Positions 9,004 through 18,104 of a DNA stretch of 64,000 nucleotides are shown here, piece after piece. The stretch comes from a bacterium (GTDB taxonomy: Bacteria; UBA8248), in contig CBDBZY010000013.1 in assembly GCA_965213685.1 (NCBI GenBank), forward strand, positions 32,001 to 96,000, written 5' to 3'. Below the pieces are notes generated by a model, which was not told where the DNA came from, ran no database searches, and was given only the letters and a program-made list of their open reading frames with translations. The position numbers and the translations under genes are program-made. The first letter of the stretch is position 1. Each line of letters starts with the position of its first letter.

Positions 9004-9837
9004 TTGCCACGCCTCCCACCGGATGAAAGGTATGAGGTCGTCATTGCCGATCCGCCTTACAACATAGGCAAGGATTTCGGAAACAACGGCGATGACTTGC
9101 CCATTGACCATTATGTGAAATGGTCGAAAGCGTGGCTGAATCAATGCCTGGAGCGACTCACCGAAAACGGCGTTTTATACGTCTACGGCTTCCCGGAGGT
9201 TCTGTGCCGCGTTGCGGCGCAATATCCCGTTGACGGGCAGCGCTGGCTGGCGTGGCACTATACGAACAAGACTGTCCCCTCCTCCATGTTCTGGCAGCGC
9301 GCCCATGAATCCATTTTGTGCATGTGGAGACCGGAAACCCGGCGGCCGGAACTGGAAATCGATCAGATAAGAGAACCCTACACAAAGTCCTACCTGGCGT
9401 GTGCGGGAAGGAGAAGAGCCGGGACTCCCTCCCGGTTCGGCGCGAACAAAACGACGACGTATGCCGCCCATCCCAATGGCGCGCTGCCGAGGGACGTCAT
9501 CAAGATTCCCGCACTGGCCGGCGGGGCAGGCGCATCCGAGCGATGGTTCATGTGCCATGATTGCGGCGGCGAAGTATTCCCGCCCGGCGAAATCAAGAAC
9601 CATCACGGACACGACATATTCAAGCACCCTACCCAGAAGCCGATGGAGCTGACGCGCCGCCTGCTCTTGTCGCGCATCACCGGCGCATCCGGTCGCCTAC
9701 TCGTTCCCTTTGCAGGTTCCGGTTCGGAATGCGTCGTCGCCCAGCAAATGGGCGTTTCTTTTACCGGAATTGACATGAACCCGCAGTTTGTCCGCTTCGC
9801 GCGCAGATGGCTCCAAAAGGAGCGGGACGGTGTATAG
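9004..9837 (+). CDS. Beta-class N4-C/N6-A DNA methyltransferase (true start lies upstream of 9004)
   Basis: Motif IV DPPY precedes HPTQKP and motif I PFAGSGS. The in-frame upstream sequence RIILGDVLRVL matches the usual beta-MTase N-terminus but has no in-frame start codon. Confidence 0.9.
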   Translation: MPRLPPDERYEVVIADPPYNIGKDFGNNGDDLPIDHYVKWSKAWLNQCLERLTENGVLYVYGFPEVLCRVAAQYPVDGQRWLAWHYTNKTVPSSMFWQRAHESILCMWRPETRRPELEIDQIREPYTKSYLACAGRRRAGTPSRFGANKTTTYAAHPNGALPRDVIKIPALAGGAGASERWFMCHDCGGEVFPPGEIKNHHGHDIFKHPTQKPMELTRRLLLSRITGASGRLLVPFAGSGSECVVAQQMGVSFTGIDMNPQFVRFARRWLQKERDGV

Positions 9838-10420
9838 GATGACTCCGCTGATGCTGCAGAATCTGGGCCGCGAACTTCGCAAGTTCCACGACCAGTTCAT
9901 CGGCGGCAGATGCGCGGGTTGGCAAATGGAGGAACTCCTCGTGCGGGCGATCCAGTCCGACACCAGTCGCAATCATCATGTCGAATGGCGAGAACACGGG
10001 CACGACGACAAGGCGGATATCCGCGTGCGAGCCAACGGGCGTGAATACCCCATCGAGGTGAAATCGGGGCAGGTGAAAAAGAAAACCGGAAAGCTGACTC
10101 TCTCGGGTCATCGATTGGGCCGCTTCCAGGGAGATTTCGGGAAGATCACGGATTATCTGAACGGCAAAATGGCTCATGTCATCTCGCTAGCCCATGAGAA
10201 GCACGAAGACGAACAAGGCCGCCACCATATCTACCGTTTGTATTATATCGAGCCGACGCGCCTTCGGGGGCTTGCGGAGAAAAATTGGGACAAAGTGGGA
10301 GCGCAATTCAAACAGACGAACAGCGATGGCGTGGAGTTCTCGTTGCGGCCTTCCATGAGTTGGCAGATATGGTGGACGATTCCTGTGGGGCAACCGGAGA
10401 AGATTTTCGATTTTGCGTAG
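9830..10420 (+). CDS. Putative Type II restriction endonuclease (PD-(D/E)xK-like)
   Basis: GTG 9830 with RBS AAGGAG overlaps the MTase stop; E...ADI....IEVKSG nuclease-like motif; the region is visibly less GC-rich. Confidence 0.65.
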   Translation: MYRMTPLMLQNLGRELRKFHDQFIGGRCAGWQMEELLVRAIQSDTSRNHHVEWREHGHDDKADIRVRANGREYPIEVKSGQVKKKTGKLTLSGHRLGRFQGDFGKITDYLNGKMAHVISLAHEKHEDEQGRHHIYRLYYIEPTRLRGLAEKNWDKVGAQFKQTNSDGVEFSLRPSMSWQIWWTIPVGQPEKIFDFA

Positions 10421-10438
10421 CGATAAGGTGCGCGTCGC

Positions 10439-11143
10439 CTACCACGGCATGGGTTTTCTGTCCTGGAAATAGCCGCCCGTAGGCCCGTTGCCTGGCAGCA
10501 GGGCGAGCCACACCGGCGTGTCCGCCCCCTCGTCTATTGATTTGGACGCCCCGCGCCCGCCCATGTCGGTTCGCACCCACCCCGGATGGCAGCAGTTGAC
10601 GAGCACGCCGGTTCCCCGGAACTCCGCCGCGAGGATTTTCGTCATCGCGTTCAGCGCGGTTTTCGTGATCCGGTATGCGGGCGAGCCGCCTCCCATGCTG
10701 GCGAGAGCGCCCATGCCGCTGGAGACGTTCACGATTCTGCCGGCGGGGCTTTTTTTCAGAAGGCCGGCCAAGGCCTGGCACGTCATGAGGGGGCCGTAGA
10801 GGTTGGTTTCCATCATTTCGCGGAGGATGTCGACCGGAACGTCCAGCCCCGTCATTCCCTTGTCCGCCCGGATGGCCGCGTTGTTGACGAGGATGTCCAG
10901 GCGGCCGAACTCTTCCGCCACGAACGCGGCCAGCCCGGCGACGCTGCGCGGATCGGCGACGTCCAGGGCGCGGAAGACGACCCCCAGCCCCTCGGTTTCG
11001 AGCTGTTCCCTGGCGGTCTCGCCCCTCGATGCGTCCCGCGCCGTCAGGATGGTCCTGACGCCCCGCCTGGCGAGTGCGCGGCATATTCCAAAGCCAATCC
11101 CCTTGTTGCCGCCGGTGACGACGGCGATCTTTTCATTCGGCAA
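10439..11143 (-). CDS. SDR family oxidoreductase (carbonyl reductase-like)
   Basis: VVTGGNKGIG, LVNNAA, NVSSG, YRITK, CHPGWVRTDMGG; TTG start after GAGGAG. Confidence 0.93.
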   Translation of the reverse strand: MPNEKIAVVTGGNKGIGFGICRALARRGVRTILTARDASRGETAREQLETEGLGVVFRALDVADPRSVAGLAAFVAEEFGRLDILVNNAAIRADKGMTGLDVPVDILREMMETNLYGPLMTCQALAGLLKKSPAGRIVNVSSGMGALASMGGGSPAYRITKTALNAMTKILAAEFRGTGVLVNCCHPGWVRTDMGGRGASKSIDEGADTPVWLALLPGNGPTGGYFQDRKPMPW

Positions 11144-11280
11144 CGCCTGGCTCCTCTCTCCGTCCGGGCGGGGCGCGCGATTTTCGCCGGGTTCGGTGTG
11201 TTTCACGGGCGCGCCCGGAAAATGATTCTGGAATCCGCTCGTTCGCATGTTATACCATGGGGAGGAGGCCCCGGGCGCGC

Positions 11281-11320
11281 CCGTCAACGCGCATGGGAAT
11301 CCGTCAACGCATATGGGAAA
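11281..11320. repeat. 20-bp tandem direct repeat x2
   Basis: CCGTCAACGCGCATGGGAAT / CCGTCAACGCATATGGGAAA, between divergent genes. Confidence 0.8.
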
Positions 11321-11335
11321 AAACGATTGAACGTC

Positions 11336-12031
11336 ATGCACCTGGTTCTGTTCGATGTAGACGGGACGCTGCTTCTGAGCGGCGGCGCGGGGGCTGCGGC
11401 GCTGAACGTCGCCTTTGGGGATATATACGGCATACCGAATGCGATGCGTCATGTGCAGCCGCACGGAAAGACGGATGAACGCATCGTCCAGGAGATGTTT
11501 CGCTCGTTTCTCGGTCGTTGCGGGAGCCCCGCCGAGGTGCGGGCGCTGTTGCGCAGATATGTGGAGGTCTTGCCGGAGACGGTTTCGGATTCCAGGAACT
11601 TTCATCTGATGCCGGGAATCCCCGGCCTGCTGGTGCGTCTGCGGGAGCGCGAAGACGTTCTGACGGGGCTGGGGACGGGAAACATCGAGCGGGGCGCGCG
11701 AATCAAGCTGGAGCGCGGCGGGCTGAACCCGTTTTTCCCGTTCGGCGGGTTCGGCTCCGATTCGGCGGAGAGGGCGGAATTGCTGGAGGCGGGATTCCGG
11801 CGCGGCGCGGGTATCGCGCAGGAGAAGTTCCCGGGCGCGTCCATCCGGTGCTGGGTGATAGGCGATACGTGGCGCGATATATCCGCGGGCCGCGCGTGCG
11901 GCGCCAGAACGGTGGGCGTGGCCACGGGGGGCGATTCGCTGCATGGGCTGGCGAGCGCCCGTCCGGATTTTCTTTTCGCCACCCTGGAGGATGGGGAGAG
12001 GTTCTGTGAAATTCTCGACGCCGGCGGTTAG
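11336..12031 (+). CDS. HAD family hydrolase (phosphoglycolate phosphatase-like)
   Basis: LFDVDGTL, GLGTGN, VIGDTWRD motifs. Confidence 0.92.
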   Translation: MHLVLFDVDGTLLLSGGAGAAALNVAFGDIYGIPNAMRHVQPHGKTDERIVQEMFRSFLGRCGSPAEVRALLRRYVEVLPETVSDSRNFHLMPGIPGLLVRLREREDVLTGLGTGNIERGARIKLERGGLNPFFPFGGFGSDSAERAELLEAGFRRGAGIAQEKFPGASIRCWVIGDTWRDISAGRACGARTVGVATGGDSLHGLASARPDFLFATLEDGERFCEILDAGG

Positions 12032-12034
12032 GGG

Positions 12035-12727
12035 TTGAAAGCGTCTTCGTATCCGCTCGCACCGGACGAGCTCGCCCGGGTGTATCGGCAGATACCGCTG
12101 TGGGCGCGGAGCGAACTCGCGGACTTGTCGGAGGCGCAGCTCGACAGGACGGGCGCGGAGGAATGGGCGCGCTGGTCCCCGAGAAGGCAGCTCAGCCACA
12201 TGGCCTACATCACGACAAGGTGGTTCCTGGTTCTCTACGGCGCGGCGCGCCTGCCGTGGCGGGTGGTGGACATGAGCCAGTTCGGCACGTTCATCAACTC
12301 AGCGGAGGATGACCGCCGTTTCTCCTCGGAGCGGTACCCGGACGCCGAATGGCTGCATGCGCGTTTTTCCGAGGCCTGCGGGGCGGCGGCCGCGCAACTG
12401 GAGGAGCGGCGCGAAGCGGAGGGGGCGACGGCGGCGGGAAAGGCGCTCTTGTTCGTCTTCACGGACTCATCGGTCGTGGGCGCGAGCGAGGAGCGCTCCG
12501 TCGATTTGTGGAGTCGCTGCATGAGATGCCATCCGGACGGATTCGCGGCCGACCCCGAACACGCGCACGGGTTTCGCGTCACGCCTTTGGCCATCCTGCG
12601 TCACGTGCTCTGGGACAACCTGATTCACCTGCGCTCCATCCGCCTGCATCGCGAAGCCCTGGGCCTCTCGCCCGTCTGTCCGGACGCCCCCGTCGGCGGC
12701 TACGCTCCCGCCTATCCCGTCTCTTGA
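12035..12727 (+). CDS. DinB-superfamily-like protein
   Basis: WSPRRQLSHM and RHVLWDNLIHL His pattern; paralogous to 14287..14958. Confidence 0.6.
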   Translation: MKASSYPLAPDELARVYRQIPLWARSELADLSEAQLDRTGAEEWARWSPRRQLSHMAYITTRWFLVLYGAARLPWRVVDMSQFGTFINSAEDDRRFSSERYPDAEWLHARFSEACGAAAAQLEERREAEGATAAGKALLFVFTDSSVVGASEERSVDLWSRCMRCHPDGFAADPEHAHGFRVTPLAILRHVLWDNLIHLRSIRLHREALGLSPVCPDAPVGGYAPAYPVS

Positions 12728-13230
12728 TGCGAACCGCTAGGCCTGCGCGGGCGCATTTTCTTTTTTGGCTTGCCTTCGTCTCCTTCGCGTCGGCGGCGGG
12801 CGCTCTTTTGTTTTTCTCCGAGCCGCTGTTCTTGGGCACGACGGGCGTGAAGGCGTCCCTAGTGGCGGAGGCGCGGAAATGGAGGGGGATGCCTCCGGGG
12901 GTCATCACCTCAAAAGTGGGTGCTGCGCTGAAGGGATACCTGGACGCCTCGCGCCACGCCAGCCGCGCGGCGGTTCGGGTTTCCCGGTCGGGCGCGGAAG
13001 GATTGTCCCTGGACGTCCGGCTGCCGTGGGCGGAGGTGAGCGCCAAGAAAAGAAGGCAAAGAGCGGAGCTGATTTGCCGGCTGGGCGGCGCCATGCTGGA
13101 GGGTGCGGGGGCGGTGCGGGCGACGCTTCTCGTGAACCTCCGCCGAATGCGGAGGGACTCCACGGCGGACGAGCCCGCCGGGAGGATGACGTATTCTCCC
13201 GGCGAGAGGAGATGCGCGTGGGGAGAATAG
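12727..13230 (+). CDS. Hypothetical membrane-anchored protein
   Basis: ATG overlaps the upstream TGA; single N-terminal hydrophobic segment. Confidence 0.55.
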   Translation: MRTARPARAHFLFWLAFVSFASAAGALLFFSEPLFLGTTGVKASLVAEARKWRGMPPGVITSKVGAALKGYLDASRHASRAAVRVSRSGAEGLSLDVRLPWAEVSAKKRRQRAELICRLGGAMLEGAGAVRATLLVNLRRMRRDSTADEPAGRMTYSPGERRCAWGE

Positions 13231-13369
13231 GTTTTTCGGCCGGCGTCGGCGACGCCTCCCAAGGAGAGAAGGCCGGCCGCCGGCCCGCCCCCGTTCTCCC
13301 GCGGGCTTCGTTTCTGCTAGGCTGGCATATCGATGGTTCGTTTCTGGTGCCGAATCGAGGAGGGCGGCT

Positions 13370-14290
13370 ATGGTACTGCAAACCGTTGCGATCGTGAGTC
13401 CCGGGGATATGGGACATGCGGTGGGCCGCGTGCTGGGTTCGCACGGCGTGGAGGTGCTCGCCTGTCTCGCCAATCGCAGCGCGCGGACGAGGCGCCTCGC
13501 CGCCGCTGCGGGAATCCGGAACTGTCCGACGCTCGCGGAGATGCTGGAGCGCGCGGACCTGGTGCTGTCCATCGTCCCGCCGGGCCTGGCTGTGCGGGCG
13601 GCGGATGCGGTGGCGGAAGCCATGTCGGCTTCGGGTTTTTGCCCGCCGTATGCGGACTGCAACGCCGTGTCGCCGGAGACGGCGCGCGCCATCGCGAGGA
13701 GGATTTCGGGAGCCGGAGGGGATTTTATCGATGGCGGGATACTGGGTCCTCCGCCGGGCGGAGGGCGGAGCGCGACCAGGTTCTATTTCAGCGGGGAGCG
13801 GGCGGGGCTGCTCTCGGAGCTGGACGGCAAGGGAATCATCGTTCGTCTGCTTGGGCGCGAGGTGGGCCGCGCCTCCGGGATCAAGATGTGCTACGCCGCG
13901 CTCACGAAAGGAACCCACGCGCTTCAGACGGCGGTCCTCACCCTGGCCGAGGCGCTCGGCCTCGCCGAGGAGTTGCGCGGCGAGCTGCAAACGAGCCAGG
14001 CCGCTTCATACCGGCAGATGATCTCCAGCGCCCCCCGCCTTCCCGTCGTGGCGTGGCGATACGTCGATGAGATGCGGCAGATTGCGCAGACCTGCGAGGC
14101 GGCCGGCGTCACCGCGATGTTTCACCGAGGAGCGGCGGAGGTGTACTCCCACCTCGCGCGGACGCCTTTGGCGGAACAAGCGCCCGAGACGATGAACGCG
14201 GCGCTGTCGCCCCAGCAGGCGGCCTCGGTGTATGCCGCGCACTTGCCGATGAGGGCGGACGACCACGGACGCCCGGAGGAGGCGATATGA
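13370..14290 (+). CDS. NAD(P)-dependent dehydrogenase, 6PGD/3-hydroxyisobutyrate-like (DUF1932-type)
   Basis: IVSPGDMGHAVG, DCNAVSP, DGGILGPPP, ASGIKMCYAALTKG, WRYVDEM. Confidence 0.88.
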   Translation: MVLQTVAIVSPGDMGHAVGRVLGSHGVEVLACLANRSARTRRLAAAAGIRNCPTLAEMLERADLVLSIVPPGLAVRAADAVAEAMSASGFCPPYADCNAVSPETARAIARRISGAGGDFIDGGILGPPPGGGRSATRFYFSGERAGLLSELDGKGIIVRLLGREVGRASGIKMCYAALTKGTHALQTAVLTLAEALGLAEELRGELQTSQAASYRQMISSAPRLPVVAWRYVDEMRQIAQTCEAAGVTAMFHRGAAEVYSHLARTPLAEQAPETMNAALSPQQAASVYAAHLPMRADDHGRPEEAI

Positions 14291-14958
14291 GCGCAGACCC
14301 ATCCGCCCCGGGGCTGGACGTTTTTCCGGAATACGGACGTTTGGCGAACCTGTTTCGGCAGGAGACGAACGGCCTCTCCCGGGAGTTCTGCGAACGGAGA
14401 TTGCCCGGCAAGAGCTGGGGGGCGTGGTGCATCCGGGAGCAGATCAGCCACACGGCATGGATACCGTATCTTTTTTTCCTGGAGTTTTGGCCCCCCGTCC
14501 TGTTTTCGGGTTCTTTGCCGCGGGAGAAATCCCTGGCGGATACGGGAGGTGCGGACAGGATGCTGGACCCCGCCCGATTTCCCGAGATGGCCGATGTCCT
14601 GGCCGGGCTGGATGACGCCTTTGCCCTGTGCCGGGAGGTTCTGGCAAACGAGACGCGCGCGACGCTGCGTTCCAGGGAATTGCCCAGGAGGTATTCTCCG
14701 GACAGAACGTGGGCGACCGGCGAGCGGGTGATGGATTATTTTCAAGACCTCGTTCTTCCCGCCCACCAGACGGGTTTTCGGCAGGATGAAAACGACCCCC
14801 TGCTCTATTATCAGACGCTGGAATGTACGTTTCGCCATATATTGTGGGAGGCGCATGCGCACTTGATCACCATCCAGGAGTTCAAGCGCGTCGGGGGGTT
14901 GCCCGTTCGATCGAACGTCCCGAGAGACGGGTACGCCGCACTGCTCGCGTGGGAGTAG
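14287..14958 (+). CDS. DinB-superfamily-like protein
   Basis: WCIREQISHT and RHILWEAHAHL; ATGA overlap with the upstream gene. Confidence 0.6.
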   Translation: MSADPSAPGLDVFPEYGRLANLFRQETNGLSREFCERRLPGKSWGAWCIREQISHTAWIPYLFFLEFWPPVLFSGSLPREKSLADTGGADRMLDPARFPEMADVLAGLDDAFALCREVLANETRATLRSRELPRRYSPDRTWATGERVMDYFQDLVLPAHQTGFRQDENDPLLYYQTLECTFRHILWEAHAHLITIQEFKRVGGLPVRSNVPRDGYAALLAWE

Positions 14959-15035
14959 ATGCGCACACTGCTCCCGGGGGGCTTGTCCGGCGGTTTTGAT
15001 TCCTCCCGTGGCCATTTGAATGGAGGAGGCCGTCC

Positions 15036-16904
15036 ATGAACACCCCGCACCGGGGGATGGGGGCGTTGCGGGAGTATTTTTACGGCGCGGATATCGGCCG
15101 GGCGACGATAGCCCCCCCGGGGGCCGTCGTGGCAGGGAGGATGGGCCGGTGGCGCATCGCCTACCAGGTCGGCCCGCGCGGAATCCGTCCGGGCGGAGGG
15201 CTGCGCTTCACGCCGCCCAACGGGTTCAGCGCCCCGCAATTCGAGGACATGACGGCGCCGGGATACTGCAGGGTTCGGTGCTCCCGTCCGGGCGCCTCTT
15301 TCTCCCCCGCGCTGCGGACGCCCGTGCTCGGCTACACCTTCTTGCCGGCGAGCCTGGAGCTGCGGCTCCGGGGCGCGGCGGCTTTGGCTGAGGGCGACCG
15401 CATCGAGGTGGACTACGGCTGGACGCCATCCGGCATTCCGGGTGCGCAGGCGCAAACCCTGGCCATGCCCGTGGAGTTCACCCTGTCCGTGGACGCCGGG
15501 GGCGAGGGGGACTGGGAGCTCCTCCCGGCCCCGCCGAGGCTGGACGTTATGCCCGAGCCGCCCTCCCTTCTCTGGGTGACGGCGCCCGCGCAGGCGGTGG
15601 TGGCGCGGGTGTTCTCCGTGCGTGCGGTGGCGCGGGACCGCTTTCATAACGTGGCGCGGGCGAGTGCTTCCGTCCCGGAGCTTCTTCTGCCGGATGGGAG
15701 CGCGGCTCCTTTTCGCCAGGAGAAACCCGGCGTTTTCGTTTGCGAGGACGCCGTGCTGGAGACCGGGGGCGTGCATCGGCTGCGGGTTGTGGCGGATGGC
15801 CTGCCGCCGGTGCGGACGCCGCCGATCCGGGTGCTGGACGCCCCGCCCGCCCGCGCGCTCCTTTTTGGAGATCCGCATTGCATGAGCGGGCTGTGCGTGG
15901 GGGAGTACCCGAGGCCGTCGACGGCGCGCGAAATCGTGGAATACGTTCACACGTACGCGCGGGATGCGGCGGGCCTGGATTTTGCCGCCTGCACCTCTTT
16001 GGCCATGCGCATGGGCGAGGAGGAGTGGAGGGAGGTCACGGAGGGGGCGAGTCGCTTCACCGAGGCGGGAAGGTATGTGGCTCTTCCCGCGTATGAATGG
16101 TTTGGGATGCTGGAGCAGGACGGGAACAAGAACGTCTATTTCCTGGATGATCGGGATGTCCCGAAACTCGATTCCCACCGCCCGGACTCCGACCTTCCCG
16201 AGAAGCTGTGGAAGCGGCTGGAGGGGCTGGAGGGTCGCGCGATGACGATTCCCCATCATTCGGCGAGCGCCGTCATCGGCACGCGCTGGCGCTGGCACGA
16301 CCCGAGGTTTCAGCGCCTCGTCGAGATATATTCCTGCTGGGGCAGCTCCGAGGCCCCCGGCTGCGAGAGGCCCTTGGTGAATCCGGCGCGCTATGAGGGG
16401 CAAAGCGTGCGGGACGCGCTCGAGAAAGGATACCGGCTGGGCGTCATCGCCGGCTCGGACACGCATGCGTCCCAGCCCGGGTTTTCCAATCGCTTGCGCC
16501 TGAAGAACGCCTGGAGGGGCGGGCTGGCCTGCGTCTGGGCGGAGAGCTTCGATCGGGAGGGGATATTCCGGGCGCTTTGGGAGCGGCGCTGCTACGGCAC
16601 GACGGGGGCGCGCATCCTCCTGGAATTCTCCCTGAACGAAGCGCCCATGGGTTCCGAGGTGCGGCTGTCCGCCTCGGAGGAGAGAAGGCTCCGCGTTCGG
16701 GCCGAGGCCTGCTCCCCGGTCGCCGAGGTGCGCATCGTCAAGAATGCGAGGGAAATTCCCCTGGACCCGCCCGGGCGCGAGTCGCTCTCCCTGGAGTGGG
16801 TGGACCCGGGCGGGCGGGAGAAAGAGTCCGATTATTATTATGTTCGCCTGGTGCAGGACGACGGGGAAATGGCCTGGTCGAGTCCCATATGGGTGGACGC
16901 CTAG
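15036..16904 (+). CDS. DUF3604-like PHP-fold metallohydrolase
   Basis: FGDPHC, AYEW, IPHH, VEIYSCWG, GSDTH, RRCYGTTG, YYYVRLVQDDGEMAWSSPIWV. Confidence 0.8.
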   Translation: MNTPHRGMGALREYFYGADIGRATIAPPGAVVAGRMGRWRIAYQVGPRGIRPGGGLRFTPPNGFSAPQFEDMTAPGYCRVRCSRPGASFSPALRTPVLGYTFLPASLELRLRGAAALAEGDRIEVDYGWTPSGIPGAQAQTLAMPVEFTLSVDAGGEGDWELLPAPPRLDVMPEPPSLLWVTAPAQAVVARVFSVRAVARDRFHNVARASASVPELLLPDGSAAPFRQEKPGVFVCEDAVLETGGVHRLRVVADGLPPVRTPPIRVLDAPPARALLFGDPHCMSGLCVGEYPRPSTAREIVEYVHTYARDAAGLDFAACTSLAMRMGEEEWREVTEGASRFTEAGRYVALPAYEWFGMLEQDGNKNVYFLDDRDVPKLDSHRPDSDLPEKLWKRLEGLEGRAMTIPHHSASAVIGTRWRWHDPRFQRLVEIYSCWGSSEAPGCERPLVNPARYEGQSVRDALEKGYRLGVIAGSDTHASQPGFSNRLRLKNAWRGGLACVWAESFDREGIFRALWERRCYGTTGARILLEFSLNEAPMGSEVRLSASEERRLRVRAEACSPVAEVRIVKNAREIPLDPPGRESLSLEWVDPGGREKESDYYYVRLVQDDGEMAWSSPIWVDA

Positions 16905-16916
16905 CGAGGAGAGGCC

Positions 16917-18101
16917 GTGGCGACGGAATCGGCGGACGCCATCGTCATCGGCGGCGGCGTGATGGGATGCTCCATCGCATACCAACTGGCCAGGCGCGGT
17001 TTTGGCAGGGTGATTCTCTGCGAGCGCGAGAGCATCGCGTCGGGCTCCACGGGGGGCTCCTCGGCGCTCATCCGCATGCACTACTCCAACAAGAGCACCA
17101 TCCAGATGGCGTGGCGGTCCCTGTTGGCGTTTGAGCGGTTCGAGGAGTATTCCGAGGGCGGACAGGCGGGTTTCATGCAAACCGGCTATCTGGTGCTGGC
17201 GGACGCCTCTCTTCGCGCGGGCGTCCGAAAAAACGTGGCGCTCGCGCAATCCCTCGGGGTGGAGACGCGCTGGTTGGAAAAAGAGGAGATTTCCCGACGC
17301 TACGCCCCGTGGGCCAGGCTGGACGATGTCGTGGGCGGAGCGTATGAGCCGAGGAGCGGATATGCGGACCCCCACGCGGTGACGTCCGCGTTTGCGGAGG
17401 GCGCCAGAAAATACGGCGCGCGCATTCGGCAGCATTGTCCCGTGATCGGGGTGGAGGCGGACGGCCGCGGTCGGGCGCGGGTGCGGACTCCGCGCGGCGC
17501 GATCGAGGCTCCGGTCGTCGTGAACGCCTCGGGTGCCTGGGTGAACAAGGTGGCCGCACTGAGCGGACATCGCCTTCCGGCCGAGGCCATTCGGGAGCAG
17601 GACACGGTTTTTGACGCGGTCGGCAAGGACGGCGAGAGGGTGGACATCGTCGTCTACGATGGGCCGACGCGCCTTTACTACCGCCCGGAAGGAAGGGACC
17701 TGCTCCTTGTCGGCCGCGACAACATAGAGCCGGAATATGTGGACCCGGACAATTTCAACAAAAAAGAGGACATGGCTTTCGTGCTTGACGTTCTGGAGAG
17801 GATGCGAAGGCGCTGGCCGGATTTTGAGAACGCAAAACTCTTCCGCGGCTGGGGCTGTCTGTACTGCGTCACGCCGGACTGGATGCCCATTCTGGATCGT
17901 CACCCCGAGATGCCGGGATACTACGTCTGCGCGGGGATGAGCGGCCACGGCTTCAAGCTGGCCCCGGCGGTGGGAGAGATGATGGCGGAGTTGATCATGA
18001 CGGGAAAGTGCGCGGAGCCCGACATCCGCGACTACCGTCTCGCGCGTTTCGGGGAGGGGCGTTTGATGAAAAGCGTTTTCGGAACCGGCTTTCAGGGATG
18101 A
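16917..18101 (+). CDS. FAD-dependent oxidoreductase (DAO/sarcosine oxidase beta-like)
   Basis: IVIGGGVMG, GSTGGS, VVNASGAW, TPDWMPI, GMSGHGFKLAPAVG. Confidence 0.93.
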   Translation: MATESADAIVIGGGVMGCSIAYQLARRGFGRVILCERESIASGSTGGSSALIRMHYSNKSTIQMAWRSLLAFERFEEYSEGGQAGFMQTGYLVLADASLRAGVRKNVALAQSLGVETRWLEKEEISRRYAPWARLDDVVGGAYEPRSGYADPHAVTSAFAEGARKYGARIRQHCPVIGVEADGRGRARVRTPRGAIEAPVVVNASGAWVNKVAALSGHRLPAEAIREQDTVFDAVGKDGERVDIVVYDGPTRLYYRPEGRDLLLVGRDNIEPEYVDPDNFNKKEDMAFVLDVLERMRRRWPDFENAKLFRGWGCLYCVTPDWMPILDRHPEMPGYYVCAGMSGHGFKLAPAVGEMMAELIMTGKCAEPDIRDYRLARFGEGRLMKSVFGTGFQG

Positions 18102-18104
18102 AGG

